A stretch of DNA of 64,000 bases from Chiloscyllium plagiosum (GCF_004010195.1 NC_057720.1:29309949-29373948), one strand, 5' to 3'. Shown: positions 24,605 to 37,410, counted from the first letter of the stretch. Notes: generated by a model not told the origin, from the sequence alone. A program made the numbers and translations.

Positions 24605-25655
24605 ACAATACAACACAGAACAGGCCCTTCGGCCCACGATGTTGTGCCGAACATTTGTCCTAGCTTAAGCATCTATCCATGTACCTATACAATTGCCGCT
24701 TAAAGGTCACCAATGATTCTGACTCTGCCACTCCCACAGGCAGCGCATTCCATGACCCCACTACTCTCTGGGTAAAGAACCTACCCCTGACATCCCCCCT
24801 ATACCTTCCACCCNNNNNNNNNNNNNNNNNNNNNNNNNNNNNNNNNNNNNNNNNNNNNNNNNNNNNNNNNNNNNNNNNNNNNNNNNNNNNNNNNNNNNNN
24901 NNNNNNNNNNNNNNNNNNNNNNNNNNNNNNNNNNNNNNNNNNNNNNNNNNNNNNNNNNNNNNNNNNNNNNNNNNNNNNNNNNNNNNNNNNNNNNNNNNNN
25001 NNNNNNNNNNNNNNNNNNNNNNNNNNNNNNNNNNNNNNNNNNNNNNNNNNNNNNNNNNNNNNNNNNNNNNNNNNNNNNNNNNNNNNNNNNNNNNNNNNNN
25101 NNNNNNNNNNNNNNNNNNNNNNNNNNNNNNNNNNNNNNNNNNNNNTCTTGACTTTCCGCATAAGCCTACCATGGGGAACCTTATGAAATGCCTTACTAAA
25201 ATCCATGTATACTACATCCACTGCTCTACCCTCATCCACATACTTGGTCACCTCCTCAAACAATTCAATATGACTTGTAAGGCAAGACCTACCCCTCACA
25301 AATCCGTGCTGGCTGTCCCTAATCAAGCAGTGTCTTTCCAGATACTCATAAATCCTATCCCTCAGTACCCTTTCCATTACTTTGCCTACCACCGAAGTAA
25401 GACTAACTGGCCTGTAATTCCCGGGGTTATCCCTATTCCCTTTTTTGAACAGGGGCACAACATTCGCCACTCTCCAGTCCCCTGGTACCACCCCTGTTGA
25501 CAGTGAAGACGAAAAGATCATTGCCAACGGCTCTTCCTTCCTAACAAGTATCTCCTCTAGCTTACCGGTCTGTTTCATACTCTCCACTTCAACAACACGG
25601 GTCCCTCTCATTTGTAAATACTGAAGAAAAGTACTCATTCAAGACCTCTCCTATG
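24590..25655 (-). mobile_element. CR1 LINE inserted in the Gypsy RNase H region (spans N gap)
   Basis: Minus ORF with DWRVANVVPLFKKG...NYRPVSLTS...SQHGF...DFSKAF; (TTCTATG)n tail; same family as 62989-63250. Confidence 0.92.
24814..25145. other. Assembly gap
   Basis: Run of N. Confidence 1.
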
Positions 25656-26098
25656 TGATAGGGAAGGTGATGATAATATTGAACGGCCAGTTGGTTACTT
25701 TTCAAAGAATCTCAACACCCACCAGAGAAAACATCCTACCATTGAGAAGGAATTATTGAGTTTGATACTGGCCTTACAACATTTTTATGTATGTGACGAA
25801 CCATGTGTCAGAGACGGTTGTGTACATGGATCACAATCCTCTTACATTCTTGGAATGATTTGAAGATGGTACTATTTCATTGGAGTCTTATGTTACAGAC
25901 TTTTAATTTATAAAACAGACATGTTGCGGATCATAAGAATGTGATAGCAGATGTGCTATCACGAATTTAATAGATAAAGTATAGATAAGATTGAACAGAT
26001 ACCAGTGTTTTATATACATTTACATATATAATGGCATTAAAAATTTTAAAAAGCCATATTTTCATTATGCTAGTTAACTTTTATTTCTTAGGGGGAGG

Positions 26099-26842
26099 TG
26101 TTATGAAGTTGAAGCCATGTACTTTACCTTTAAGAGAGACTGAAGGTTGTTTTGCACTGAGAGCTTGCAGGCACCTGTCATGTGACTGACTAGCAGACCT
26201 AGGGAGTACTGGAAAATTGGAAATATGTCACATTTGGCTGGTTCCACAACAGTTTGAATTTAACCAGTTTACATTATGCACCAGGATACTAAAACCCAAC
26301 CAAATTTGAATTTTACTGTTTTGACAACACCGAAACAATGAGATGATCTGATGTTTGGGACATAAATAAGCCAGCATTTTAATAGTTAGCCAGAGAGTGC
26401 AACCCGCCATCTAGAGAGAAAATGCAATTCAAAACACTCTCTATCAAAGGTATTTTTTTCATATGAACCATTTTTGCAGCAAAAGACCGAAGACGACCCA
26501 GAGAGATCTTCAGCTGAAAGAAGACAGATGCCAAAAATGATAGCTGCTGGCTGGTTTTAAAAATTAAGTTGACGTAATTTTAATAGAGGCTTTTATTGAA
26601 TCAGTATATTGTTATAGAGTTGGAGGTAAATAACAGACATTTAAGACAAAGGAGGCTTCGAGTTGTAAATTATTGTTGTTGAATGTTCACTCTAGAGTTA
26701 AAGAATAAAGTTGATATTTTTCTTTAAAGAGTGGAATTTGGGGAGTTCTCTGTCAGTCATACTTTAACAGATTGTGAGGCGAGATGAGCTTTTCTGCGTG
26801 TTTGGTTTAATTAACAGAAGGTTCCACCACTGTGCCGTAATA
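26099..26842 (+). repeat. 3' LTR of the Gypsy element
   Basis: Starts TGTTATG immediately after the PPT; AATAAA at 26704; probable end CCGTAATA (decayed inverted terminus). Confidence 0.7.
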
Positions 26843-27486
26843 CTGGAATGAATGTAAATGAATGGGCAATAAATTTAAGAACCAACCTGTATTATATCTT
26901 TGTTTCATATACAAAACTACGAGTGCATGCTGATATGTTTTATGTGGGAAGTTGTAAGTACAAATCACCTTGCAATTGTTTTGGGTAAGTATGGTTATTG
27001 AAAATGTAAGTAAGAAAGTATACTTCTCTTGAACATTTCAACTGTATGTTCGACTCATAAATAAATGCAATGTCCTCATAAAAGCTCTGGTTAGGGATTT
27101 CCTTGTTGCTCCTCCTGCTCTATCATCATAATATTACTGAAGATGTGACAGAAATCCTGTATACCTATGTGAGAGCAACTCTAAAGAATTTCTTTGCTCA
27201 GTTGTTACTAATTTCCACTCAATAGCACTGTCAACATTCAAGGTTAAAGATTTGCAGATGTTTGCAAATTGGTAAGCAGTGAAATTATGGGCTGAATTTT
27301 ATGGCTTCACCTACGGCACATTTGAAGGTGAGGGATTCATAACGTAAAGCAGGAGGCTTTCCCCACCACCTTTCCACCATCCACAGACCTGTCTCCCTTA
27401 CCATGACTGGAAAGGAAGCTGTCAGGCCAGTTTGCTACCTGGGGCCTATTGGAATATAAAAATATCAAATGTAGGTGCAAGAGTTG

Positions 27487-28235
27487 ACAATAGACAATAG
27501 ACAATAGGTGCAGGAGTAGGCCATTCTGCCCTTCTAGCCTGCACCACCATTCAATATGATCATGGCTGATCATCCTTAATCAGTATCCTGTTCCTGTCTT
27601 CTCTCCATAACCCTTGATTCCACAATCCTTGAGAGCTCTATCCAACTCTTTCTTAAATGAATCCAGAGACTGGGCCTCCACTGCCCTCTGGGGCAGAGCA
27701 TTCCACACAGCCACCACTCTCTGGGTGAAGAAGTTTCTCCTCATCTCTGTCCTAAATGGTCTACCCCATATTTTTAAGCTGTGTCCTCTGGTTTGGCACT
27801 CACCCAGCAGTGGAAACATGTTTCCTGCCTCCAGAGTGTCCAATCCTTTAATAATCTTACGTTTCTCAATCAAATCCCCTCTCAGTCTTCTAAACTCAAG
27901 GATATACAAGTCTAGTCGCTCCAGTCTTTCAGGGTAAGGTAGTCCGGCCATTCCAGGAATTGACCTTGTGAACCTACGCTGCACTCCCTCAATAGCCAGA
28001 ATGTCTTTCCTCAAATTTGGGGACCAGAACTGCACACGGTACTCCAGGTGTGGTCTCACCAGGGCCCTGTACAGCTGCAGAAGAACCTCTTTGCTTCTAT
28101 ACTCAATCCCTCTTGTTATGAAGGCCAGCATGCTATTAACCTTCTTCACTACCTGCTCTAACTGCATGCTTACCTTCATTGACTGGTGTACAAGAACACT
28201 CAGATCCCTTTGTACTGCTCCTTTACCTAAATTGA
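27487..28235 (-). mobile_element. Young CR1 3' portion
   Basis: Minus ORF 27580-28179 (199 aa) LYRALVRPHLEY...FFTQRVVAVWNALP; (ATTGTCT)n tail. Confidence 0.93.
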
Positions 28236-28723
28236 TTCAGGCCATTCAGCGTCTCATGTCTGTGCTGGCATTTTGCAAAATCATGCCTGATCTGCCTGAA
28301 CTCTTCTTTCATGTTAGCTCCTCACAGACCTCAGCTCCTTGATATTTCAATAATTTACCTCTTTCCTCTTTAAACATTTTCAGTGATCTAACCTCCACAA
28401 CTCTCTAGGATATAAAATAAAACATATTCACTGTCCTCTGAGAGAAGAAATCACTTTACATCTGAGTTTTAAAAGAGTGCCCCCAAATTCTGTAACTATT
28501 GGAAACATCTCAACTCTACCCTGTCAAGCCCCACGGAATCTTATTTCAATAAAATTCACTCCTCATTTCTCTAAACTCAAATTAATAAAGGCCGAACCTG
28601 TTTAGCTGTTCTTGATATGTCAATACTTTCATCCCAGGAATCAGCTTAGTGAATCTCTTTCAAACTACCTCCAATGCCAGTGTATCCTTTCTTAAATATA
28701 CGAGCCAAAACAGTACACCATGT

Positions 28724-29036
28724 GGGCGGCACGGTGGCACAGTGATTAGCACTGCTGCCTCACAGCGCCAGAGACCCGGGTTCAGTTCCCGCCTCAGGCG
28801 ACTGACTGTGTGGAGTTTGCACGTTCTCCCCGTGTCTGAGTGGGTTTCCTCCGGGTACTCCGGTTTCCTCCCACAGTCCAAAGATGTGTAGGTCAGGTGA
28901 ATTGGCCATGCTAAATTGCCCGTAGTGTTAGGTAAGGGGTAAATGTAGGGGTATGGGTGGGTTGCGCTTCGGCGGGTCGGTGTGGACTTGTTGGGCCAAA
29001 GGGCCTGTTTCCACACTGTAATGTAATCTAATCTAA
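28724..29036 (+). mobile_element. HE1-like tRNA-derived V-SINE
   Basis: GGGCGGCACGGTGGCACAGTG...GGGTTCAGTTCCC...V-domain...GGGCCTGTTTCCACACTGTAATG(TAATC)n. Confidence 0.93.
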
Positions 29037-29304
29037 ACCATACTCAAGGGGTGTCCTCACCCAAACTCTGCACATTTGCAACAAGACTTTCCTATTCTTA
29101 AAATCCAAATCTATAAATAAAGATTTAAATCCTATTTATCTGTTGTTGTGGTTCTGTTCGCCGAACCGGATCATCAACACCACACTCACAGGAATCCGAC
29201 CCACGAGAGAAGAAAAGGATAGCCAACTCCCATTCCTAGACGTGATGGTACAGAGAACACCGAACGGAGAATTCACTACAAGGGTATACAGGAAAGCCAC
29301 ACAC

Positions 29305-29659
29305 NNNNNNNNNNNNNNNNNNNNNNNNNNNNNNNNNNNNNNNNNNNNNNNNNNNNNNNNNNNNNNNNNNNNNNNNNNNNNNNNNNNNNNNNNNNNNNNN
29401 NNNNNNNNNNNNNNNNNNNNNNNNNNNNNNNNNNNNNNNNNNNNNNNNNNNNNNNNNNNNNNNNNNNNNNNNNNNNNNNNNNNNNNNNNNNNNNNNNNNN
29501 NNNNNNNNNNNNNNNNNNNNNNNNNNNNNNNNNNNNNNNNNNNNNNNNNNNNNNNNNNNNNNNNNNNNNNNNNNNNNNNNNNNNNNNNNNNNNNNNNNNN
29601 NNNNNNNNNNNNNNNNNNNNNNNNNNNNNNNNNNNNNNNNNNNNNNNNNNNNNNNNNNN
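29305..29659. other. Assembly gap
   Basis: Run of N. Confidence 1.
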
Positions 29660-29952
29660 AGCCTCGAAACGACACGACCAGCTATCCTTAGGAGCCACAC
29701 ACGCAGACAACACGGAACACAAATTTGACTGGGGCAACACTACTATCATAGGGCAAGCCAGACAGAGAACAGCCAGGGAATTCCTAGAGGCATGGCATTC
29801 ATCCACAAACTCCATCAACAAACACATCGACCTGGACCCAATATACCAACCACTACAGCGGACAGCTGAAACTGACAACCGGAAGCGGCAGGGACAGACC
29901 ACTATAAACACCGGAGGAAACATCAAAGAAGCGCTTCGCAGGAGGCTCCCAA

Positions 29953-29992
29953 GCACTGATGATGTCGCCTAGCCAGGGGACGAAACGTTTGC
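29953..29992 (+). ncRNA. Minimal hammerhead ribozyme motif (PLE family C), core intact
   Basis: GCA-CUGAUGA-U-GUCgCCU-AGCC-AGGgGAC-GAAA-CG-UU-UGC; helix I GCA/UGC; palindromic AAACGUUU. Confidence 0.8.
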
Positions 29993-30585
29993 AACAAAAA
30001 CTTCCAGCTCAGCGAACAGAACCACAACAACGAGCACCCGAGCTACAAATCTTCGCACAAACTTTGAATCCTATTTACCTTCTTAATTATTTGCTGCATT
30101 CACATGTTAACCTTTTTGTGTCATGCACAAACATTCAGATACCTCTGTTCTGCATTGTTTGGAGTCTCTCTATTTTAATAGCATTACTTAATATTATATT
30201 ATAAATGAATATTATTTGATTCTTCCTAGCAAAATGCATGACCTCACACTTTACTACATTAAACTCCATATACCAAGTTTTGCCCACTCACTCAACCTAT
30301 CTATATTTCTTGCAGATTCCCTATATCCTCACCACAACATGTTCGCTCATGTATTTTTGTATCATTAGTAAGTGTAGATACACTGCACTCTTGAAGTCAA
30401 TAACAGTAAATAATTGGGGCCCCGGTACTATTTCTTGTGGTACTTCACTAATTACATGTTTCCAACCTGAGAAAGGTCAGTTAATCCCAATTTATGCCTT
30501 TTTTGTATTAACCAATCCTCAATTCGTGCTAATTTATTATCTCAGTACCATGAGTTTGTATTTTTTGCAAAGACCTTTCTCTGTA

Positions 30586-30796
30586 CAGATTGTTCCACTA
30601 TAACACATGTTTCATTAATACGAATTCACTACAACGCGATGGACAAATTGGGAACACTGTTTCTAAAACGTGAACTTTTAAAGTGTGTATTGATCATAAA
30701 GTGATTCTGGCCCCATCAGGTGCTGCTTTTATGTGATTTTCCTATAACATGGGATTGCACGAAAATGGAACGACCTCGTTATAGCAGAACCGACTG
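30586..30796. mobile_element. Tigger/pogo-like MITE, 211 bp
   Basis: TA flanks on both sides; imperfect TIRs CAGATTGTTCCACTATAAC and GTTATAGCAGAACCGACTG. Confidence 0.75.
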
Positions 30797-30811
30797 TAAT
30801 ACCTTATCGAA

Positions 30812-31222
30812 TGACCATAAGACATAAGAACAGAAATAGGCCATTAAACCTATCTGGTCTGGCCCACCATTCAATGAGATCATGGCCAATCTGAAAATCC
30901 TCAACTCCACTGTCCTGCTTTTTCCCATAACCCTTTATCCACTTACTTGTAGTATTTGCCAACTTACTTAACATGTGTATGTCCATCTGCTGATTTGTTT
31001 GTGTCACTTGCCTTGCAAAGAATTATTGGGTCACCTACAAAGTAAGCTTCAGTACATTTACTTTCCACATCCAAGTCATTCATGTATATTTTAAATAATT
31101 GTGGCCCTTGCACACATCCCTGTGGCATCTCTGGTAGATAGAGGTTGCCAAACTGAAAATGCCCCACATATCGCAATCCTCTTCTTCCATTAGTTAGCCA
31201 ATCCTCTATCTCTGCTAATATA
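30812..31222 (-). mobile_element. Old CR1 fragment with internal deletion
   Basis: Minus ORFs PQGCVQGPQLFKIYMNDLD and CR1 3' UTR. Confidence 0.75.
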
Positions 31223-32300
31223 CATGATTGGAAAATCACAAGTAGAGTCAGTGTGGTTTCATGAAAGGGAAATTGTGTCTGACTAATTTGTTTGTGTTTC
31301 TCAAGGAAGTTTCAACCAGCATGGGCAGAGGGGACCCAGTAGATGTGTTGTATTTGGATTTCCAGAAGGTGTTCAGTGAGGTGCCTCACAAAATGTTAAG
31401 TCATAAGAGCCCATGGTGTTGGAAATAATATATTGGCACAGGTAAACAATTGGCTATTGGGCAGGAAACAGTGAATGGGGGATAAGAGGTTTTTTTTCAG
31501 ATTGGTCACTTACCAGTAGGGTTCCATAGGGGACAATGCTGGGATTGCACAGTTTATATTATATGTTAATGATTTGGAGGAAAGAAACAAATGTTCTTTC
31601 ACCAAATTTTCAGTAGAAAAAAGAATAGGTAGAAAGGCAAAAGAGATACAAACTGTTTACAGAGAAATGTCAGTAGGTTAAGTAAATGGGCATAAAGTAG
31701 CCAGATGGAGCATAACGTGGAAAAATGTAAAGTTGTTCATTTTGAACAGGAGAACAAAAGAACAGAGTATTATTTGAATGGAGAGAAACTGTAGAAAGCT
31801 ACAACACAATGGAACTAGGGAACCTGTGCACAAAACACAGAAAGCTAGTACACAAGTACAGCAGATAATCAGAAAGGCTATTGGAATGTTGGCCCTTGTT
31901 TCAAGAGTTCTAAAGTGTAAGAGTAGGAGAGTCCTACTGCAACTGTACAAGGTTCTGGTAAGATCACATCAGGAGTATTATGAGCAGCTATGGTCCCCTT
32001 ATTTAAGGCAAGATATCATCTCATTGGAGGAGGTTCAGAGAAGGTTCACTAGGAAGATACCTGGTTTGGAGGGATTGTTTTATGATCAAAGGTTAAACAG
32101 GCAGAGACTCTATTTATTGGAATTTAAAATAATGAAAGGTGATCTCATTGAAACATATTGGATTTTTAAGTGGCTTGACAGGGTGAATGCTAAGAGGATG
32201 TTTCCACACATAGGAGAGTCTAAGAGCAGATGACATAGTCTCAGAATTAAGGGGTGCCAATTTAAAAGTAAATTTCTTCTCTCAGAGGGTTGTGTATCTT
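31223..32300 (+). mobile_element. Old CR1 RT fragment
   Basis: VDVLYLDFQKVF; ORF 31778-32233 LQLYKVLVRSHQEYYEQLWSP. Confidence 0.85.
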
Positions 32301-32302
32301 TG

Positions 32303-32480
32303 GTTTAGCTCAGTTGGCTGAACAGTTGGCTTACAATGCAGAGAAATGCCAATAGCTTGAACTCAATTCTTGCACTGGCTGAAGTCACTATAAAGAATGT
32401 GCCATCTCAACTTCTCCCCCTGCCTGAGGTGTGGCTACTCCAGCCACCACCAGTCATCTCTCCCTGATGAGAGACCAACC
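32303..32480 (+). mobile_element. Old tRNA-derived SINE fragment
   Basis: TAGCTCAGTTGG A-box and degenerate B-box (AACTCAATTC); cannot form a full cloverleaf. Confidence 0.45.
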
Positions 32481-32484
32481 TTAG

Positions 32485-33030
32485 GACATAAGAGCTGGAA
32501 GCAGAAGCAGGCAATCCAGCCCCTCGAACCTACTCTACCATTTAACATGATCTTGGCTGATCTTATCTCAGCCTCAACTCCACTTTCCTGCCCACTCTTC
32601 ATAACCCTTCAACCTGTTACGAATCAAGATCTATCTAATTTTTCCTTAAACTTACTCAGCATCCCAGCATACACATCACCAGTTATGAATTCTCAGAGTC
32701 ATGACCCTTTGAGACAAGTAATTTCTCTTCATCTTGGTTTTAAATCTCCTACCCTTTATCCTAAAATTAAGACGTCTCATTCTAGATTGCTCCACATAAG
32801 ACAAATTCCTCATCTCCGATTATGAACCTCCTCTGAAGTGCCTCCAAAGCACAACACCTTTCCTCAAGTAAGGGGATCAAAACTATACACAATACTCCAG
32901 GTGCGGTCTCACTCATGCCTTGTACAGTTGCAACAATACTTCCTACTTTTATACTGTATTCCTTTAGCAATAAATGCCAAAATTCCATTTCACTTCCTTA
33001 TTACCTGCTGTACCCATTAAATCTTTTATA
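32485..33030 (-). mobile_element. Old CR1 3' portion
   Basis: CACAATACTCCAGGTGCGGTCTCAC (minus VRPHLEYCV) and CR1 3' UTR. Confidence 0.8.
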
Positions 33031-33371
33031 GTAGGCTCCACTATAATAATAAAATGTTAACTTTTGAAACAACAGATGTTAAACTAACTGGCCTACAGTT
33101 ACCTTATGGATTAGAGTTACAATGGAAGTTTTCCAATTTTCTGGGACTTTTCCAAATTCTAAGGATTTTTCAGAGGTTACTAGCAGTGAATCTATTATTG
33201 TTTCAGTCCAGGATGAATCCTGTCAGGCCCAGTGGACTTATCTGCCTTTAGCTCCATTAATTTCCTTAGTCTCCTTTTTCTTGTGGTAACGATTGTAGCT
33301 ATTTCCTTTACTCATTTTCTCCCTTTATTATTTAAGATTTATTTGCTCCACCTCTGCCATTATTTTACCTG

Positions 33372-33722
33372 TGATGTGGAGGTGTTGGTGTTGGACTGGG
33401 GTTGACAAAGTTAAAAATCAGCTAGGTAAAAATCAGTTAGCTTTTATTCCTGATGAAGGGCTTTTGCCCGAAACATCGATTGAACTGCTCCTCAGATGCT
33501 GCCTGAACTGCTGTGCTCTTCCAGCACCACTCTAATCCAAAGTTAAAAATCACACAATACCAGGTTATAGTCTAACAGGTTGTTTGGAAAGACAAGCTTT
33601 CAAAATGCTGCTCCTTCATCAGGTAGCTAGCTGTAGCTACCTGATGAAAAAACAGCGCTCCGAAAGGTAGTGCTTCGAAATAAACCCGTTGGACTGTAAC
33701 CTGGTGTTGTGTCATTATTTTA
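33372..33722. mobile_element. Family-B PLE palindromic pLTR pair
   Basis: Inverted arms around 33630, each with a CTGATGA core (minus 33616-33622, plus 33641-33647); matches 41913-42164. Confidence 0.85.
33421..33537 (+). mobile_element. Family-A mini pLTR with hammerhead, nested in the family-B pLTR
   Basis: ATTC-CTGATGA-A-GGGC-TTTT-GCCC-GAAA-CA-TC-GATT (33446-33481); perfect 15-bp TSD CAAAGTTAAAAATCA at 33406-33420 and 33538-33552. Confidence 0.9.
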
Positions 33723-34321
33723 CTAGTCGCAGGAGAAGGGGCAGGCCAGAATTTTACCTCAATGTTTTAGGTTCTATAAAGGTGGTGGCAATGTGGATGA
33801 GGAACAATGAATGTCAGGATTTTAGACACTTTAATAATAAAGTCCCCATCACTCTTCTAAACTCCAGTGGAACCAAACCCAGCCTGTCCAACCTATTCTC
33901 CTAAGGCAATCTACTTATCCCAGGATCAATCTAAGTAAACCTGATCTGAACTGCCTCTGATATATTTGCATCCTTCTTTGAATAAGAAATCAAAACTGCA
34001 CACAGTATTTGAGGTGCGGTTTCATCAATGCTCTCTATAACTGAAGCATAGCATCCTTACTTTTATGTTCAATTCCTCTCATAATGAAGGACACTTTACA
34101 CTATCAAGTTAAAGACATTTCACAGTTGCAAGTGGCAAAAAAATAAGCAGCTGCAAAAATTGCAAAAGATCATTCTCGAGGGATGGCTTGACATTATTAA
34201 AGGCGTACCAAAGAATATTTATTCATTTTTGCCATACAGGGGTGAAGTTGCATTAGCATGCCAAGTCACTTTCAGGGACAAACAAATCTTAAATGTAAAA
34301 CATTGCACCCAGATATCATGT

Positions 34322-36240
34322 CATAGAATCATAGAGTCATAGAGATGTACAGCATGGAAACAGACCCTTCGGTCCAACCAGTCCATTCCGACCAGATATT
34401 CCAACCCAATCTAGTCCCACCTGCCAGCACCCGTTGTACCAGCCTCCACCACTTCCTCTGGCAGCTCATTCCACACACGTACCACCGTCTGCGTGAAAAA
34501 GGTGCCCCTTAGGTCTCTTTTATATCTTTCCCCTCTCACCTTAAACCTATGCCCTCTAGTTCTGGACTCCTCGATCCCAGGGAAAAGACTTTGTCTATTT
34601 ATCTTGTCCATGCCACTCATATTTTTGTAAATCTCTATAAGGTCACCCCTCAGCTTCTGACGCTCCAGGGAAAACAGCCCCAGCCTGTTTAGCCTCTCCC
34701 TGTAGTCAGATCCTCCAACCCAGGCAACATCCTTGTAAATCTTTTCTGAACCCTTTCAAGTTTCATAACAATTTTCCGATAGGAAGGAGACCAGAATTGC
34801 ATGCAATATTCCAACAGTGGCCTGACCAATGTCCTGTACAGTCGCAACATGACCTCCCAACTCCTATACTCAATACTCTGACCAATAAAGGAAAGTATAC
34901 CAAACGCCTTCTTCACTATCCTATCTACCTGTGACTCCACTTTCAAGGAGCTAAGAACCTGCACTGCAAGCTACCTTTGTTCATCAACACTCCCTAGGAC
35001 CTTACCATTAAGTGTATAAGTCCTGCTAAGATTTGCTTTCCCAAAATGCAGCACCTCACATTTATCTGAATTAAACTCCATCTGCCACTTCTCAGCCCAT
35101 TGGCCCATCAGATCCACATCCTGTTGTAATCTGAGGTAACCCTCTTCACTGTCCACTACACCTCCAATTTTGGTGTCATCTGCAAACTTACTAATTGTAC
35201 CTCTTATGCTCGCATCCAAATCATTTATGTAAATGACAAAAAGTAGAGGGCCCAGCACCGATCCTTCTGGCACTCCACTGGTCACAAGCCTCCAGTCTGC
35301 AAAACAAACCTCCACCACCACCCTGTCTTCTACCTTTGAGCCAGTTCTGTATCCAAATGGCTAGTTCTCCCTTTGTTCCATGAGATCTGACCTTGCTAAT
35401 CAGTCTCCCATGGGGAACCTTGTTGAACACCTTACTGAAGTCCATATAGATCACATCTACTGCTCTGCCCTCATCAATCTTCTTTGTTACTTCTTCAAAA
35501 AACTCAATCTTTGTGAGACATGATTTCCCACGCACAAAGCCATGTTGACTATCCCTAACCTCACCTGTGACTATCGCTGATACAAATACATCAGCAAGAG
35601 GCCCAACAATTACTTCTCTAGCTTCCCACAGAGTTCTTCGGTACACCTGATCAGGTCCTGGGGATTTATCCACTTTTAAATGTTTCAAGACATCTAGCAC
35701 TTCCTCCTCTGTGATCTGGACATTTTGCAAGATGTCACCATCTATTTCCCTACAGTCTATATCTTCCATATCCTTTTCCACAGTAAATACTGATGCAAAA
35801 TATTCATTTAGTATCTCCCCCATTTTCTGTGGCTCCACACAAAGGCCGCCTTGCTGATCTTTGAGGGGCCCTATTCTTTCCCGAGTTACCCTTTTGTCCT
35901 TAACATATTTGTAAAAACCCTTTGGATTCTCCTTAATTCTATTTGCCAAAGCTATCTCATGTCCCCGTTTTGCCCTCCTGATTTCCCTCTTAAGTATACT
36001 CCTACTTTCTTTATACTCTTCTAAGGATTCACTTGATCTATCCTGTCCATACCTGACATATGATTCCTTCTTTTTCTTAACCAAACCCTCAATTTCTTTG
36101 GTCATCCAGCATTCCCTATACATTCCAGCCTTCCCTTTCACCCTGACAGGAATATACTTACCCTGGATTCTTGTTATCTCATTTCTGAAGGCTTCCCATT
36201 TTCCAGTCGTCCCTTTACCTGTGAACATCTGCCTCCAATC
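34322..36240 (-). mobile_element. CR1 LINE ORF2 with internal deletions + 3' tail
   Basis: Minus ORFs 35221-36228, 34971-35321 (GVPEGSVLGPLLF...KFADDTK), 34689-34964, 34411-34620; (CTATGA..)n tail. Confidence 0.95.
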
Positions 36241-36244
36241 AGTA

Positions 36245-36900
36245 TATGCTATATCAGGGACACATGGTTATCGAATATACAAAACGGTGATCACATGAAT
36301 CTGTGTACTGGCCAGGAATAAATCATGATATTCAGCATGCTTTGAGGCATGTCCAATGTATCAACTCCAGCAGTGGAGTTAACCACTGCATCCACATGAT
36401 GCTTGATCCATACTTTGAATGGGGAAGATTATACTCCTGGGTGGATTCTTTCTCCAAATTTCCAATTTATTGACAATTTAGCAATGCAGCAAGTGTGACC
36501 ATTCTGGTATGATGATGCTATGTTCAGTTTATTCAGTGTTCCAATCAGATCATGGGTGACAACAGACAACAGTACACTGGCAAAATCATTTCAAGATATG
36601 GGAAGTGACCCCTGTTGCATTGTCGGCCCATTATCCACACTCAAACATCGAGCAGAACATATAATGTGTACTATCCAATCAATAATCATTAAAAGTTGAG
36701 TAATGAGGCACAATTTTCACATTGCTGCATTTTGAGGCAGCTCCAGTGGAGAATAGAAACCATCTCCAGGATAACTTCTGCTTGGAAGGCAAATGTGAAT
36801 GATTTTGCCCCACAGTCAATTATCTAACTATTTATAATACAGGAGAATGAAAGAGCTACATAACAAGCAAGCAGGTAATGAATTTTTGAAACTGTGCACC
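36245..36900 (+). mobile_element. Decayed Gypsy-type integrase fragment
   Basis: QGHM...ESVYWPGINHDI (zinc-binding region), VTTDN, SAHYPHSN..AE (core motifs), many frameshifts. Confidence 0.65.
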
Positions 36901-37410
36901 AGGAAGAGACTGCAAGTCAGAAATCTAAATATGAATACTTGGATATTGGCTAAAATTTATAAAATGTGCAACCAACCCAAAACGTATGATGTCATTATAG
37001 ATCACGATGCTATTGGGAAGGATCAAAAGCCAACTTAGACCAAGGTACAGCACACCGACCATGCCAGTAAACAGTGAGGAAGAATACTCCCACAATGATG
37101 GTTGTACAGCGATGTTGAGTGATAGTAACCAGCAACAAGACAACCAAGTTATCCAACCAGTAAAGCTGAGATCAACATGCACCTCTTCAGATGGACATAA
37201 GGTCACCAGTTCAAAATAACTTGTCAAATCTCCAAAGTGCTACAGTGAAGTTTGAAGTGATAGTCTTATAAAATTTGTATTACCTGTTTATATAAGTATT
37301 GAATTGTCAACACATCCCTATGTAAAACCACACATTAATCAGTTTGGGATAAGCTTCTACTTTAGAATATATTTTGGTATACTTTTAAGTGACAACATTA
37401 TATCACAGCA

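Larger units (their letters stand above)
23931..26842 (+). mobile_element. Gypsy LTR retrotransposon 3' portion (RT-RNase H-PPT-3' LTR), probably Gmr1-like
   Basis: NAPATFQRL, CVV*LDIV, RFLGLSGLYQKFV, PFKVAIDVSDVGVGAVL, RPVGYFSK, TIEKELL, DHNPL, KNVIADVLSRI* (stop 25968-25970), PPT AGGGGGAGG then TGTTATG. Confidence 0.88.
29142..30066 (+). mobile_element. Penelope-like element (family C, Poseidon-like): RT thumb, gap, endonuclease C-terminus, pLTR; short inverted pLTR at 5' end
   Basis: QLPFLDVMVQR...FTTRVYRKATH; HKFDWGNTTIIG...REFLEAWHS...INKHIDLDPIY; TSD AATCCTATTTA(T/C)CT at 29128-29141 and 30067-30080. Confidence 0.92.
28236..30580 (-). mobile_element. Old CR1 hosting a V-SINE and a PLE
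   Basis: Degenerate CR1 pieces either side of the insertions (CTCCAATGCCAGTGTATCCTTTCTTAAATA; GCAAAATGCATGACCTCACACTT). Confidence 0.7.

Noticed and set aside
24660..25638. Long ORFs of 170-279 aa
   Set aside because: Inflated by the N gap; the real parts are CR1 RT.
28724..28800. tRNA-like A/B boxes, also in the other SINE copies
   Set aside because: These are SINE heads followed by the V-domain and a LINE tail, not tRNA genes.
29136..29956. Several long ORFs across poly-X
   Set aside because: Gap artefacts; only the + strand PLE RT and endonuclease pieces are meaningful.
32460..32490. CTGATGAGAG as another hammerhead
   Set aside because: No downstream hairpin plus GAAA; it lies in a SINE tail.
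35221..36228. 335-aa ORF, the longest in the track
   Set aside because: CR1 ORF2 segment with an internal deletion (TGEV|RDSQHG) and a frameshifted end; not a host gene.
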